From: Flavobacteriales bacterium
GTDB lineage: Bacteria; Bacteroidota; Bacteroidia; Flavobacteriales_F; PHOS-HE28
Length of the DNA stretch: 64,000 nt
Direction of reading: 5' to 3'
NCBI GenBank assembly: GCA_024103275.1
Contig: JAGFIV010000066.1
Location: forward strand, 10,531-74,530
Part shown: piece after piece, positions 45,718-55,251 of the stretch
Layout of the letters: every line of letters starts with the position of its first letter
Position numbering within the stretch: position 1 is the stretch's first letter
Made by a program: the position numbers and the translations under genes
Notes under the pieces: model-generated
What the model saw: only the letters and a program-made list of their open reading frames with translations
Database searches by the model: none
Told to the model about the DNA's origin: nothing

Positions 45718-46467
45718 ATGAAACCCACGGCCAGCCAGGCAGACTACCGGTACCGTGTAGAGGTGTGCTACACGCCCGGCCAGTTTCCCCTGTACAAGCA
45801 AGACATGGGCATCGTGGTGGTCATCGACATCCTGCGCGCCACCAGTGCCATGGTGGCCGCGTTCCACCACGGGGTGAAGGACATCATACCCGTGGCTACC
45901 GTGGAGGAGGCCCGGGCCTACATCGGCAAACCGGGCTATGTGGCGGCGGCGGAACGCAATGGCGAAGTGGTGGACGGGTTTTCAGTCGGGAATTCACCGT
46001 TGGCCTTGAAGTCCATGGACCTCAAGGGGAAGACGATCGTCATTTCAACCACCAATGGAACCAAGGCCATTAACATTGGGAAGGAGGCCAGGCAATTGGT
46101 GATCGGTTCCTTTTTGAACCTGACTGCCCTGACCGAATGGTTGTTGAAACAGGACGACAACATCCTCCTGCTGTGCTCCGGCTGGCGGGACAAGTTCAGC
46201 TTGGAGGACAGCGTGTTTGCCGGCGCGGTCACCGACCGGTTGCTCGAGAGCGGCAAGTTTGGCGTGGAGGAGGACAGCAGCATCGCCTCGAAGTACCTTT
46301 ACCAGGCTGCCCGTGAAAACTACATGAGCGTCCTCAAGGCGGCACCACGGCGCAAAAGGCTCCAACAATTGCACTTGCTGGATGACGTGAAGTACTGCCT
46401 CACGCCGGACCAGGCCACGGTGATCCCGGTGCTGCAGGGGGATCGGCTGGTCCTGCTGGAACACTGA
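45718..46467 (+). CDS. 2-phosphosulfolactate phosphatase (ComB) family protein
   Basis: The regions VVVIDILRATSAMVAAFHHG and VISTTNGT are typical of the ComB family. Confidence 0.65.
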   Translation: MKPTASQADYRYRVEVCYTPGQFPLYKQDMGIVVVIDILRATSAMVAAFHHGVKDIIPVATVEEARAYIGKPGYVAAAERNGEVVDGFSVGNSPLALKSMDLKGKTIVISTTNGTKAINIGKEARQLVIGSFLNLTALTEWLLKQDDNILLLCSGWRDKFSLEDSVFAGAVTDRLLESGKFGVEEDSSIASKYLYQAARENYMSVLKAAPRRKRLQQLHLLDDVKYCLTPDQATVIPVLQGDRLVLLEH

Positions 46468-46473
46468 ACGCCG

Positions 46474-47484
46474 ATGACGGGAACCATCATCCGCCGCGCC
46501 GCCGCCGTCACTGCCGTGCTGGCCCTGCTCTGGCCTTTTTGCCTGCACCAGGAGGCCCAGGCCTGGGGCTTTTACGGCCATCGGCGCATCAACCGCATGG
46601 CGGTGTTCACCCTGCCGCCGGCCATGTTCGGCTTTTACAAGCGCCACATCGATTACATCACCGACCATGCCACCGACCCCGATAGCAGGCGCTACGCCGT
46701 GGCCGGTGAAGGGGCCCGGCATTTCATCGATGCCGACCACTATGCCAAGCCCGGTGAGGACCCCTTCCAGGTGATCCCCCGCAAATGGGACCTGGCCGTG
46801 CAGAAGTACACCGAGGATACGTTGCAGGAATACGGGATCGTGCCGTGGTACATCCCCGTGATGTACGGCCGGCTGGTCAACGCGTTCAAGCGCGGCAGCG
46901 TGGACCGCATCCTGTACTACAGCGCGGAGATCGGCCACTACATCGCCGATGCCCATGTTCCCCTGCACACCACGGAGAACTACAACGGCCAGATGACGGG
47001 CCAGACGGGCATCCATGCCTTCTGGGAATCGCGCATCCCCGAGACCAGTGCCGAGGGGTACGACCACTTCGTGGGCAGGGCGCATTACATCGCCGACCCG
47101 TTGGATGCCGCCTGGTCATACGTGATCGCCAGCCACAGGGCCCTGGACACCGTGTTCAACATGGAACGCGAGCTGCAGAAGCGGTTCCCCGAAAGCGGGA
47201 AGTACACCTACGACCAGCGCGGCCGGAATACCTTCCAAACCCAGTCCAGGGAGTTCATCAAGGCGTATGAGGAAAGCATGGACGGCATGGTGGAACGGCG
47301 CATGAACGACGCCATCCTGGCCGTGGGCAGCTTTTGGTACTCGGCGTGGGTGGACGCGGGCCAGCCCGACCTGGACCATTTTGACCAAAAAGAGGTGAGC
47401 GACAGCCTCAAGCAGGTGCTCAAGGCGGAGGAGGAGCTGCGCAAGCAGTTCAACAAGATCAAAGGCAGGGAAGAGCCCGAGTAA
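46474..47484 (+). CDS. S1/P1 nuclease / zinc-dependent phospholipase C superfamily protein (secreted)
   Basis: Signal peptide, then WGFYGHRRINRMAV and further His/Asp clusters (HFIDADHY, HVPLHTTENYNGQ) as in S1/P1 nucleases. Confidence 0.55.
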   Translation: MTGTIIRRAAAVTAVLALLWPFCLHQEAQAWGFYGHRRINRMAVFTLPPAMFGFYKRHIDYITDHATDPDSRRYAVAGEGARHFIDADHYAKPGEDPFQVIPRKWDLAVQKYTEDTLQEYGIVPWYIPVMYGRLVNAFKRGSVDRILYYSAEIGHYIADAHVPLHTTENYNGQMTGQTGIHAFWESRIPETSAEGYDHFVGRAHYIADPLDAAWSYVIASHRALDTVFNMERELQKRFPESGKYTYDQRGRNTFQTQSREFIKAYEESMDGMVERRMNDAILAVGSFWYSAWVDAGQPDLDHFDQKEVSDSLKQVLKAEEELRKQFNKIKGREEPE

Positions 47485-47574
47485 CCATTCCCAGGCCCGC
47501 CGGAAGTACGAACAATCACCTGTCGGACCACCAGGGTGGTTTGTAGGCAATCGTTCCCACGCGGCACGTGGCGC

Positions 47575-48048
47575 TTAGGCCACTTGCTCCTTGGCTTTCT
47601 TCACCTCGTAAGTGCCGGCCGGGGTGCGGCTGGCGATACTCAACCGGTTCCAGCTATTGATGGTGCACACGGCAAAGGTCAGGTCTGAAAGCTCCTTGGC
47701 GTTGAAATGCTTGCAGGCTTCGTTGTACACGGCGTCAGGTACGTGCCCCTGGCCCACCAAGGTCACGGCTTCCGCCCATGCCAAGGCGGCCCGCTCCCGC
47801 TCTGAGTACCAGGTGCATTCGCGCCAAGCGTCCAACGCGTAGAGCCGTTGTTCGCTTTCTCCCAAGGCCCGCAGGTCCTTCCAGTGCATGTCCAGGCAAT
47901 AGGCGCAGCCGTTGATCTGTGAGGTGCGCAACTTGATCAGGTGGATCAGCGGCATTTCGATCGAGCAGTGATGCAGATACTTTTCCGAGGCGAGCAGGGC
48001 TTCATAAACGCCGGGCGCCTCTTTCGCAATGTTGAACCGGACTTCCAT
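47575..48048 (-). CDS. carboxymuconolactone decarboxylase / AhpD-like family protein
   Basis: Start taken at MEVRFNIAKEAPG. The region IHLIKLRTSQINGCAYCLDMH carries the AhpD-core CxxC-H motif. Confidence 0.7.
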   Translation of the reverse strand: MEVRFNIAKEAPGVYEALLASEKYLHHCSIEMPLIHLIKLRTSQINGCAYCLDMHWKDLRALGESEQRLYALDAWRECTWYSERERAALAWAEAVTLVGQGHVPDAVYNEACKHFNAKELSDLTFAVCTINSWNRLSIASRTPAGTYEVKKAKEQVA

Positions 48049-48180
48049 CGTCAATCTTTTTTTGGTTCCAAAATAACCCCCCGTGATCGCGACAGGGCGG
48101 AATGTCAACACGTAAATCACCGCAATGTTCGCCTTGGCCTGCGGCTCGCGTTGGGCGGGTCCCCGGAGTCCGTGTCAGGG

Positions 48181-48591
48181 CTACCCTTGCCCCAGGTCCG
48201 TCACACGCGAGTTGTCCACCTTTTCCAGCAGGATGACCTCCTCGCCCTTGGGAAGCATCCAGGTGATTTCCGTTCCTTGCCGATAACCGATCAGTGCCGC
48301 GCCCATCACGGTGAAGATGGAGAGCTTGTTGGCCTTCAGGTCCGCATCCTTGGGCATCACCAACTGCAGGCCTTCCTTGCGGATGGAGGGTGATTTCACG
48401 GTGACGATGCTGCCCACGCGCACCACGTCGCCGGGCAGGTCGGTCTCCTTGCGGACATCTGCCTGCCTCAATTCCTCCGTCAGCTTGGCCAGGCTCTTTT
48501 GGGTGTTGATGTCGGGCGGCGTGAAGTCCGCGATCCAGGACATGAGCAGGTCGCGCTCCCGTGCGGAGACGATCAATTTGGGATTCTCCAT
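48181..48591 (-). CDS. GreA/GreB-family protein (Rnk-like regulator of nucleoside diphosphate kinase)
   Basis: 136 aa. The C-terminal FKBP-like domain (VRVGSIVTVKS...LSIFTVMGAALIGYRQGTEITWMLPKG) is typical of the short GreA/Rnk family. It follows pntB after a 1-nt gap. Confidence 0.7.
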   Translation of the reverse strand: MENPKLIVSARERDLLMSWIADFTPPDINTQKSLAKLTEELRQADVRKETDLPGDVVRVGSIVTVKSPSIRKEGLQLVMPKDADLKANKLSIFTVMGAALIGYRQGTEITWMLPKGEEVILLEKVDNSRVTDLGQG

Positions 48592-48592
48592 C

Positions 48593-49969
48593 TCAAATGC
48601 GTTTCAGTTCATTGATGATCTCTTCCAGGCTGGCCTTGGCATCCCCGAAGAGCACCTTGCAGTTTTGCCTGTCGAACAACGTGTTCACCGCGCCCGAATA
48701 GCCCTTGGCGGTGCTGCGCTTCATCACGATCACCTGCTTGGCCTTGTAGGCGCGGATAATGGGCATGCCGTATATGGGGCTGCCCGGGTCGTTCTCCGCC
48801 GCCGGGTTCACCACGTCGTTGGCCCCGATCACCAGCACCGTGTCGTAATGCTCCATGGTGCTGTTCACCTCGCTCATTTCCTTCACGGAGGAGTAGGGGA
48901 TGTTGGCCTCGGCCAGCAACACGTTCATGTGGCCCGGCATGCGCCCGGCCACCGGGTGGATGATGAAGTGCAGGTCCACGCCTTGCTGGCGCAACAGCTC
49001 TTGCAGGGCGAAGCATTCACGCTGCGCCTGGGCCACGGCCATGCCGTAGCCCGGCACCACGGCCACCTGCTTGCTGAAGGCCAGCAACGAGGCGGTTTCC
49101 ACGGCGGTGATGCTCGTCAACTCCTGCTCACCCACGGCCTGTGCCGCCCCGGACCCGCTGAACTTGCCCGCCAGCACGCCGGTGAGCGAACGGTTCATGG
49201 CCACGCACATCTGCAAGGTGAGGATGATGCCGGTGGCGCCCACCAGGATCCCGCCGATGATCATCACCGGGTCGTGGAAGACAAGGCCGGCCATCAAGGT
49301 GGCCACCCCGGAGAGGGCATTGAGCAGCGAGATCATCACCGGCATGTCAGCACCCCCCACGGGCAGGGCGAAATACACGCCGTACAACAAGGCGGCCAGG
49401 GAGACCGCCAACAGCAGCACCGGGAAGTGGGCCGGTTCGGCAGGGGAGAGCAGGTAATAGCCGAAGGCGATCACCACCAGGCCCAGCAGCGCTTGCGCAA
49501 TGAGCTTCTGCGTCCTGGCCGGCCGGGGCAGCTTGCGCCCGTCCAGCTTCCAGTAGGCGATCATGCTGCCGGTAAAGGCCACGGCCCCGAACAGGTTGGT
49601 GAGCAGCAGGACACTGCCCCCCAGCTTGTCTTCCACCAAGGTGCCTTGGCCATATACCTGGTTGAGCCCCAGCACCAGGGCGCAGGCGCCGCCCAGGCCG
49701 TTGAAGATGCTCACCAGCTGCGGCATCGCCGTCATGGCCACGCGGTTGCTCCAGATGTTGCCGATCAGGGTGCCGATGCCCATCATCACCAGCAACAGCA
49801 GCAGGTTGGCGGTGCTGGCCTTTTCCGTGACCGCCACCAGGGCCACCAGGGCCACCAGCACCGCGGCGGCCGCCACCAGGTTGCCCATTTTGGCCTTGGC
49901 CGGGTCGCCCATGTACTTGAGCCCCTGCACCAGCCCCACGGTGGCCACGAGGTACGCGAGGACCAACAT
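48593..49969 (-). CDS. pntB: NAD(P) transhydrogenase subunit beta
   Basis: Start taken at MLVLAYLVATVGLV. A multi-TM N-terminal domain is followed by the C-terminal NADP(H)-binding dIII domain (VVPGYGMAVAQAQ...GANDVVNPAA...VIVMKRS). Confidence 0.9.
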   Translation of the reverse strand: MLVLAYLVATVGLVQGLKYMGDPAKAKMGNLVAAAAVLVALVALVAVTEKASTANLLLLLVMMGIGTLIGNIWSNRVAMTAMPQLVSIFNGLGGACALVLGLNQVYGQGTLVEDKLGGSVLLLTNLFGAVAFTGSMIAYWKLDGRKLPRPARTQKLIAQALLGLVVIAFGYYLLSPAEPAHFPVLLLAVSLAALLYGVYFALPVGGADMPVMISLLNALSGVATLMAGLVFHDPVMIIGGILVGATGIILTLQMCVAMNRSLTGVLAGKFSGSGAAQAVGEQELTSITAVETASLLAFSKQVAVVPGYGMAVAQAQRECFALQELLRQQGVDLHFIIHPVAGRMPGHMNVLLAEANIPYSSVKEMSEVNSTMEHYDTVLVIGANDVVNPAAENDPGSPIYGMPIIRAYKAKQVIVMKRSTAKGYSGAVNTLFDRQNCKVLFGDAKASLEEIINELKRI

Positions 49970-50295
49970 CAGGCTTTGGGGCCTTTGCCCGGCTTGCGCT
50001 TCACCACGAACATGGAAAGCATCCGGTGGGTGACGAAGAAGCCGCCGGCCAGGTTGATCGTGCCCAACAACACCGCCAGGCAGGCCGCCGCGATGGTCCA
50101 CACGTTTTCGATCGGCGTGGTCAGCAATTGGGTGATGCCCCCGAACAGGATGATGCCGCTGATGGCATTGGACCCCGACATCAGCGGGGTGTGCAGCACG
50201 GCCGGGATGTTCTTGATCACCTCAAAGCCCACCAGCAGGCTTAAGGCCAGCACGAACAGGCCGTCGATGGGGGTAATGGTATAGCTGAAGTCCAT
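49969..50295 (-). CDS. NAD(P) transhydrogenase subunit alpha part 2 (membrane dII segment)
   Basis: 108-aa protein with four TM helices (MDFSYTITPIDGLFVLALSLLVGFEVI...). It lies between pntA part 1 and pntB. Confidence 0.75.
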   Translation of the reverse strand: MDFSYTITPIDGLFVLALSLLVGFEVIKNIPAVLHTPLMSGSNAISGIILFGGITQLLTTPIENVWTIAAACLAVLLGTINLAGGFFVTHRMLSMFVVKRKPGKGPKA

Positions 50296-50320
50296 CCGTT
50301 CCGGTTTTGGGTTGCGTTGG

Positions 50321-51442
50321 TCACTTGCCGGTGCCCTGCAGCGCCAGGATGCGCTGGTTCACCGAATGGCCGTCCTGCACCACCAAGGTGGCGCTGAGGA
50401 TGGGGTCTTCGGATAGTTTCTCCTGGTGGTCCAACAGGTAGGTGATGAACGAGGTGTAGTTGTTGGACAAGAGGAACGAGGTGCTGTAGGCGCAACTGGA
50501 TTCGATCCGTGTGGGACCCAGGATGGTGACCTCGTTGCGCACCACCGTCTGGTCCGGTTCGGTCAGGGCGCAGTTGCCGCCGGTGGCAGCGGCGATGTCC
50601 ACGACCACCGCCCCGGGTTTCATGCCCATCACCATGTCCTCGGTGATCAACAGGGGGGCCCGCTTGCCCGGTACCCGCGCGGTGGTGATGACCACATCGG
50701 CGGCGGCGGCCTCCTCGTGGATGCGTTGGCGCACGCGTTCGAGGAACTCCTCCGTTTGCTGGGTGGCATAGCCGCCCGCGCTCTTGTCATCCACCGCGCC
50801 CTCCACCTCGATGAAGGTGGCACCCAGGCTTTCCACTTCCTCCCGCGAGGCGGTGCGCACATCATATGCCTTCACCACGGCACCCAGGCGGCGGGCCGTC
50901 GCGATGGCCTGCAGACCGGCCACGCCGGCGCCCATCACCAGGAATTTCGCCGGGCGCAAGGTGCCGCCCGCGCTGGTGATCATGGGCACCGTGGCCAGCG
51001 AGCGCTCTGCCGCCAGCAGCACGGCCTGGTAGCCCGAGATGGAGCCCACCGAGGAGAGCACGTCCATGCTCTGCGCCAAGGTGCTGCGCGGGATCAGGTC
51101 CAGGCTGTGCACCGACACGCCCGAGCGCAGGTAGTGGTCCACGTGGCCCGGCTCCCACAGGAAGTTGAAGATGCCGATGAAGGTCTTGCCCTCGATCTTG
51201 CGGTTGCGCAGGTCGCGGTGACCGTAGCTCAGCACGAGGTCCGAGCCGCCCAGCAGGGCTTCCTCGCTGTCCACCAGTTCGGCGCCGGCCTCCTCGTAGG
51301 CCTTGTTGGTGAACCCCGCGCCACGCCCCGCATCGCGCTGCACCAGCACCACGGCCCTCCCCTTCAGGCGCTCCACGCCCGAAGGGGTAAGGACCGTGAG
51401 CTTGTGGTCGGTCGGTTCTTTCAGTACGCCGATGCGCAGCAT
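50321..51442 (-). CDS. pntA: NAD(P) transhydrogenase subunit alpha part 1 (alanine-dehydrogenase-like dI domain)
   Basis: MLRIGVLKEP...FLVMGAGVAGLQAIATARRLGAVVKAYDVR carries the Rossmann GxGxxG motif. It is homologous to AlaDH/PNT dI domains. Confidence 0.85.
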   Translation of the reverse strand: MLRIGVLKEPTDHKLTVLTPSGVERLKGRAVVLVQRDAGRGAGFTNKAYEEAGAELVDSEEALLGGSDLVLSYGHRDLRNRKIEGKTFIGIFNFLWEPGHVDHYLRSGVSVHSLDLIPRSTLAQSMDVLSSVGSISGYQAVLLAAERSLATVPMITSAGGTLRPAKFLVMGAGVAGLQAIATARRLGAVVKAYDVRTASREEVESLGATFIEVEGAVDDKSAGGYATQQTEEFLERVRQRIHEEAAAADVVITTARVPGKRAPLLITEDMVMGMKPGAVVVDIAAATGGNCALTEPDQTVVRNEVTILGPTRIESSCAYSTSFLLSNNYTSFITYLLDHQEKLSEDPILSATLVVQDGHSVNQRILALQGTGK

Positions 51443-51445
51443 GGC

Positions 51446-52735
51446 CTAGGGGAAGATGCCGCGGTCCATGTAGGTGTCCTCCAATCGCCGAAGCGCGGCA
51501 ATATAGGCACCCATCCTCCAGTCCACCTTGTGGGCCTTGGCCTCGGCCACCACCTTCTCGAAGGAGGTTTCCAGCTTGTCGTGGATCATCTCCAGCACCT
51601 GGTCGATCTTCCAGATCTCCGCGCGCTTGTTCTGCAGCCATTCATAGTAGCTGCCGATCACCCCGCCGGAGTTGCACAGGATGTCCGGGATGATGTCCAC
51701 ACCGTTCTTTTTCAGGATGGCCTCACCGTGGATGTCCGTGGGCCCGTTGGCTCCCTCGGCCACCAATTTGGCCTTGATGGCGCCCGCATTTTGCTCGGTG
51801 ATCTGGTTGCCCAGGGCGGCCGGCACCACGATTTCGCAATCGAGGCCCCAGAAGGCTGCGGGATCGTATTCCTTGGCACCCTTGTATCCCTTCAGGCTGC
51901 GCCCATTGTCCATGCTGTACTTCAACAGGGCCTCCGCATCGATGCCCTTTTCGTCATGCAGGGTGGCCGAAACGTCCTGCACGGCGATCAACTTGGCCCC
52001 CTCCTTGATCAGGAAGTGGGCGGTCCAATAGCCCACGTTGCCGAAACCTTGGACGATGAACTTGGCTCCCTTGAGATTGAATCCCTTGTGCTTTGCCCAG
52101 AACTTGATGTTGCTGACCACGCCGAAGCCTGTGGCGCGGTCGCGCCCGGCCAAGCCGCCGGCCCCCACGGGCTTGCCCGTCACCACATGCAGATTGACGA
52201 AGCGTGTGCTGGGTGACTTGGTGGACGAGAACGTGTCCGCGATCCAGGCCATGATCTGCGCGTTGGTGTTCACGTCCGGCGCAGGGATGTCCAGGTCGGG
52301 GCCGATGTTGTCGCCCAGGGCATAGGTGAAGCGGCGCGTGATGCGCTCCAGTTCGCTCTTGGAATAATTCTTCGGATTGATGTGGATGCCCCCTTTTGCG
52401 CCTCCGAAGGGCAAACCCGCCAGGGCGGTCTTCCAGGTCATCCAGATGGCCAGTGCCCGCGCGGCGTCCAGGTCCACGGTATCATGGTAGCGCAGGCCGC
52501 CCTTGTAAGGGCCCAGTGCATTGTTGTGCTGCACCCGGTAGCCGGTGAACACCTCGATCTTCCCGTTGTCCAGGCGCACCGGGAAGTTCACTTCGATCTC
52601 CGTATTGGTCTTGGACAAGATCTTCCGGACCCCTGGGTCCAGGTTCATGATGTCGGCGGCATGGGCGAATTGCTCCATGACCACCTCGTACATGCCCTCC
52701 TTGCGGGCGGGCTTTTCCTTGGTCTGTGTTGCCAT
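51446..52735 (-). CDS. gdhA: glutamate dehydrogenase (Glu/Leu/Phe/Val dehydrogenase family)
   Basis: The catalytic region GGLRYHDTVDLDAARALAIWMTWKTALAGLPFGGAKGGI and the NAD(P) fold GFGNVG are present. The protein is 429 aa. Confidence 0.9.
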   Translation of the reverse strand: MATQTKEKPARKEGMYEVVMEQFAHAADIMNLDPGVRKILSKTNTEIEVNFPVRLDNGKIEVFTGYRVQHNNALGPYKGGLRYHDTVDLDAARALAIWMTWKTALAGLPFGGAKGGIHINPKNYSKSELERITRRFTYALGDNIGPDLDIPAPDVNTNAQIMAWIADTFSSTKSPSTRFVNLHVVTGKPVGAGGLAGRDRATGFGVVSNIKFWAKHKGFNLKGAKFIVQGFGNVGYWTAHFLIKEGAKLIAVQDVSATLHDEKGIDAEALLKYSMDNGRSLKGYKGAKEYDPAAFWGLDCEIVVPAALGNQITEQNAGAIKAKLVAEGANGPTDIHGEAILKKNGVDIIPDILCNSGGVIGSYYEWLQNKRAEIWKIDQVLEMIHDKLETSFEKVVAEAKAHKVDWRMGAYIAALRRLEDTYMDRGIFP

Positions 52736-53168
52736 TTTGGTTTTTGTGAAACGGTATGTGCTCGGCTGTTCGCAAGGTGCAAGGCCATTGGCCCCTTCTT
52801 CCCTGCGGTTGCGGCCCGGGTTTTTCCCTCAAGTAGTGGGCGGCGTTGATAGGCTGCGTTCCGGCAGCTTGTTCCCGGCTTTTCGGCACCCTTCCACGGG
52901 TGCTCCGGCTTCTGTCGGCTGATCGATCATGATCATCCCCGATGGTGGAATCCCTTGGCCGTGGCCAAGGCGGGGCCAAATGTACTGTTCTTTTACTCAG
53001 GCGGTGAAGCGCACGGACCCCATGGGCCTGGAAAGCTGGCCGCATCGGGGCGGGGCGGGGGGGAAGTGCCACGGCCCCGGGGGCGGAGGCAGGAGCGGCC
53101 CCATTTTTTTCCGCACCTTTGGCCTGATCAACCTGATGGACAGCCACCAGGACCAAAACCAGGGTGTC

Positions 53169-54032
53169 ATGGCAACCACGACGGGGCGTTCAGACAAGAA
53201 ACAGGCAAAAAGGATCCTGGTCCCCACGGACTTTACCAAGGTGGTGGACTATGCCATGGACCATGCCGTGAAACTGGCCAAGGTCATCGGGGCCGAAGTG
53301 CATTTGCTCCACATGGTGCAGCACATGGACGAGCAGGATGCGATGGAACGCAGGATGCAAGCTGAGAAGGAGCGGTGCCAGGCCATCAATGCCAAGGTGC
53401 CCATCCATACTTTGGTCCGCAAGGGAAGGGTATACACCGGCATCGGCAAGGCGGCGGATGAGATCGGGGCCGAGCTGATCATCATGGGCACCCATGGCAT
53501 GCGCGGCATGCAATTCATCACCGGAAGCCGTGCCCTAAGGATGGTCCTCAACAGCCGCGTACCGTTTATCGTGGTGCAGGAACGCGGGATGCGTGCCGGC
53601 GGCTACCGCGATATCGTGGTACCCATGGACCTGCAGCGCGAGACCAGGCAGAGCGTGACCCTGGTGGCCGGCATGGCAAGCTACTTCAACAGCCGCGTAC
53701 ATGTGATCGTGCCCCGGGAAAGCGACAAGCTGCTGCGGCGAACCCTGCAGGACAACATCGTGTTCGCAAAGAAGTATTTCGAGGGCCGGGGCATCCCCAT
53801 GGAAGCCACCGAGGCCGTGCGGGGCAAGGGCTTCGTGAAGGCCGTGCTCGATCATGCCAAGGCCATTGATGCAGACCTCATCGCCGTGATGAACATGGTG
53901 GGCACCAATATCTTCGGGGCCTTGGGCGTACCGTATGAAGAGGACATCATCACCAACAAGGCCTCCATTCCGGTGATGATGCTCAATCCCGTGAAGGACA
54001 CCACCGGCGCAGGCGGATGGACCTTCCAATAA
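53169..54032 (+). CDS. universal stress protein (tandem UspA domains)
   Basis: Start taken at MATTTGRSDKKQAKRILVPTDF. Two repeats each carry the G-rich ATP motif context (IIMGTHGMRGMQFITGS and LIAVMNMVGTNIFGALGV). Confidence 0.75.
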   Translation: MATTTGRSDKKQAKRILVPTDFTKVVDYAMDHAVKLAKVIGAEVHLLHMVQHMDEQDAMERRMQAEKERCQAINAKVPIHTLVRKGRVYTGIGKAADEIGAELIIMGTHGMRGMQFITGSRALRMVLNSRVPFIVVQERGMRAGGYRDIVVPMDLQRETRQSVTLVAGMASYFNSRVHVIVPRESDKLLRRTLQDNIVFAKKYFEGRGIPMEATEAVRGKGFVKAVLDHAKAIDADLIAVMNMVGTNIFGALGVPYEEDIITNKASIPVMMLNPVKDTTGAGGWTFQ

Positions 54033-54045
54033 GAACCATCAAAAG

Positions 54046-54300
54046 ATGCCGGAACAAAAGGAAAAGGGCCTGATACACGTGAACAGGGGGTTGGCCACGC
54101 GCTGGGATACACGGCCGGCGACGGCCATGGTGCCGCTCAAGGGTATCCCGGGTTTCCACCACGTCACTGAGCCCAGCGGGGTCCGCTTGGCCAACATGAA
54201 GCTGGACCAGGACATCAGCAGGTACCGCGTCTATACCCAGGGCGATGGCCCGTCCAACCGCGGGCATTCGCGGTTCGGGACAAACTGTGCGAGTGATTAA
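54046..54300 (+). CDS. hypothetical small protein (84 aa)
   Basis: Track ORF lying 14 nt after the usp stop. I recognise no family, and its coding status is uncertain. Confidence 0.25.
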   Translation: MPEQKEKGLIHVNRGLATRWDTRPATAMVPLKGIPGFHHVTEPSGVRLANMKLDQDISRYRVYTQGDGPSNRGHSRFGTNCASD

Positions 54301-54403
54301 GGCCGTGGCGGGCCGGATCCCATTCGGGACCGGGGCCGGCGGAAACAAAGAGGGGGCGGATGGCCGCGCCATCCACCCCCGTCAAATGGATCCAGGGCGA
54401 GGC

Positions 54404-55090
54404 TCAGTCCACCTGCACGGTCTCCGCATTACCGCCTCCGGCCGTGGCCAGGGGCGATTGCCCCTTCAGGTCCACCTGCAAGGCGATCTCATCGGCAATG
54501 ACCATGTCCTTCATGCCGGTGCTGTAGCGCACACCGTACTTCTGACGGTCGAAGGAGAGCTTGCCCGTGGCGTTCACTTGGCCACCCTCCTGGGTGAGGA
54601 CAATGTCGGTGACCTTCTCCGGGTGGGTTACGCCGCGGATCGTCAGGTTGCCCTCCGCCGTGTTGCCCTCCACCTTCGTGATCACGAATTCGGCCGTGGG
54701 GAAGTTCTCCGCATCGAAGAAGTCCGCGGACATCAAGTGGGCCATCAAATTCGCCCGGGTGCCCTGCTCGGAACCGTCCGGTGCATACTGGTCATCGGTC
54801 ATGGTGTAGTTCTTCATGTCCACCGTGAACGAGCCGCCTGAAAGGGAACCACCCGTGGTGGCCAATTCACCTTTGGTGAAGCGCAGGATGCCGGTATGGC
54901 TTTTCACGCCCAGCATCGTGCCCGTCCAGTTCACGGCGCTGGCCTCGGTATTGATCGTATGCACGGCTTGCTCCGTGCCGGCAGGGGCTGCCGTGGCGGT
55001 GGAAGCTGATGTGTCGGGAGCGGTGGTGCCCGTACCGCAGGATGCCAACAAGGCGGCGGCGAACGTGGCCAGCAAAACGGTCTTATTCAT
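54404..55090 (-). CDS. YceI-family (polyisoprenoid-binding) lipoprotein
   Basis: Start MNKTVLLATFAAALLASCG has a lipobox. The body (VNWTGTMLGVKSHTGILRFTKGE...GNLTIRGVTHP) matches the YceI-like domain. Confidence 0.7.
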   Translation of the reverse strand: MNKTVLLATFAAALLASCGTGTTAPDTSASTATAAPAGTEQAVHTINTEASAVNWTGTMLGVKSHTGILRFTKGELATTGGSLSGGSFTVDMKNYTMTDDQYAPDGSEQGTRANLMAHLMSADFFDAENFPTAEFVITKVEGNTAEGNLTIRGVTHPEKVTDIVLTQEGGQVNATGKLSFDRQKYGVRYSTGMKDMVIADEIALQVDLKGQSPLATAGGGNAETVQVD

Positions 55091-55126
55091 GGTCGTCGTC
55101 TGTTTGTGGGTTGGTGTTTCGTGGTG

Positions 55127-55134
55127 CAAAAATA
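55127..55134 (-). promoter_or_regulatory. candidate -7 promoter element (TATTTTTG) upstream of the YceI-like gene
   Basis: The reverse complement of caaaaata is TATTTTTG, about 37 nt upstream of the ATG. It matches the Bacteroidota TAnnTTTG consensus. Confidence 0.25.
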
Positions 55135-55251
55135 GGGACTAAATTTTACATGGTAAATATGACCATGCCACATACTGCGATGTTCTTGGATTCCCACGGA
55201 CATTCCCAAGAAGATGAATGGGGGCTCGCCGCTCCAGTGGGAAAGCCGGCT

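Noticed and set aside
48311-52216. 657-aa and 596-aa plus-strand ORFs across the pnt and gdh genes
   Set aside because: They are antisense to highly conserved pntB, pntA and gdhA. Low-complexity, His/Gly/Arg-rich translation.
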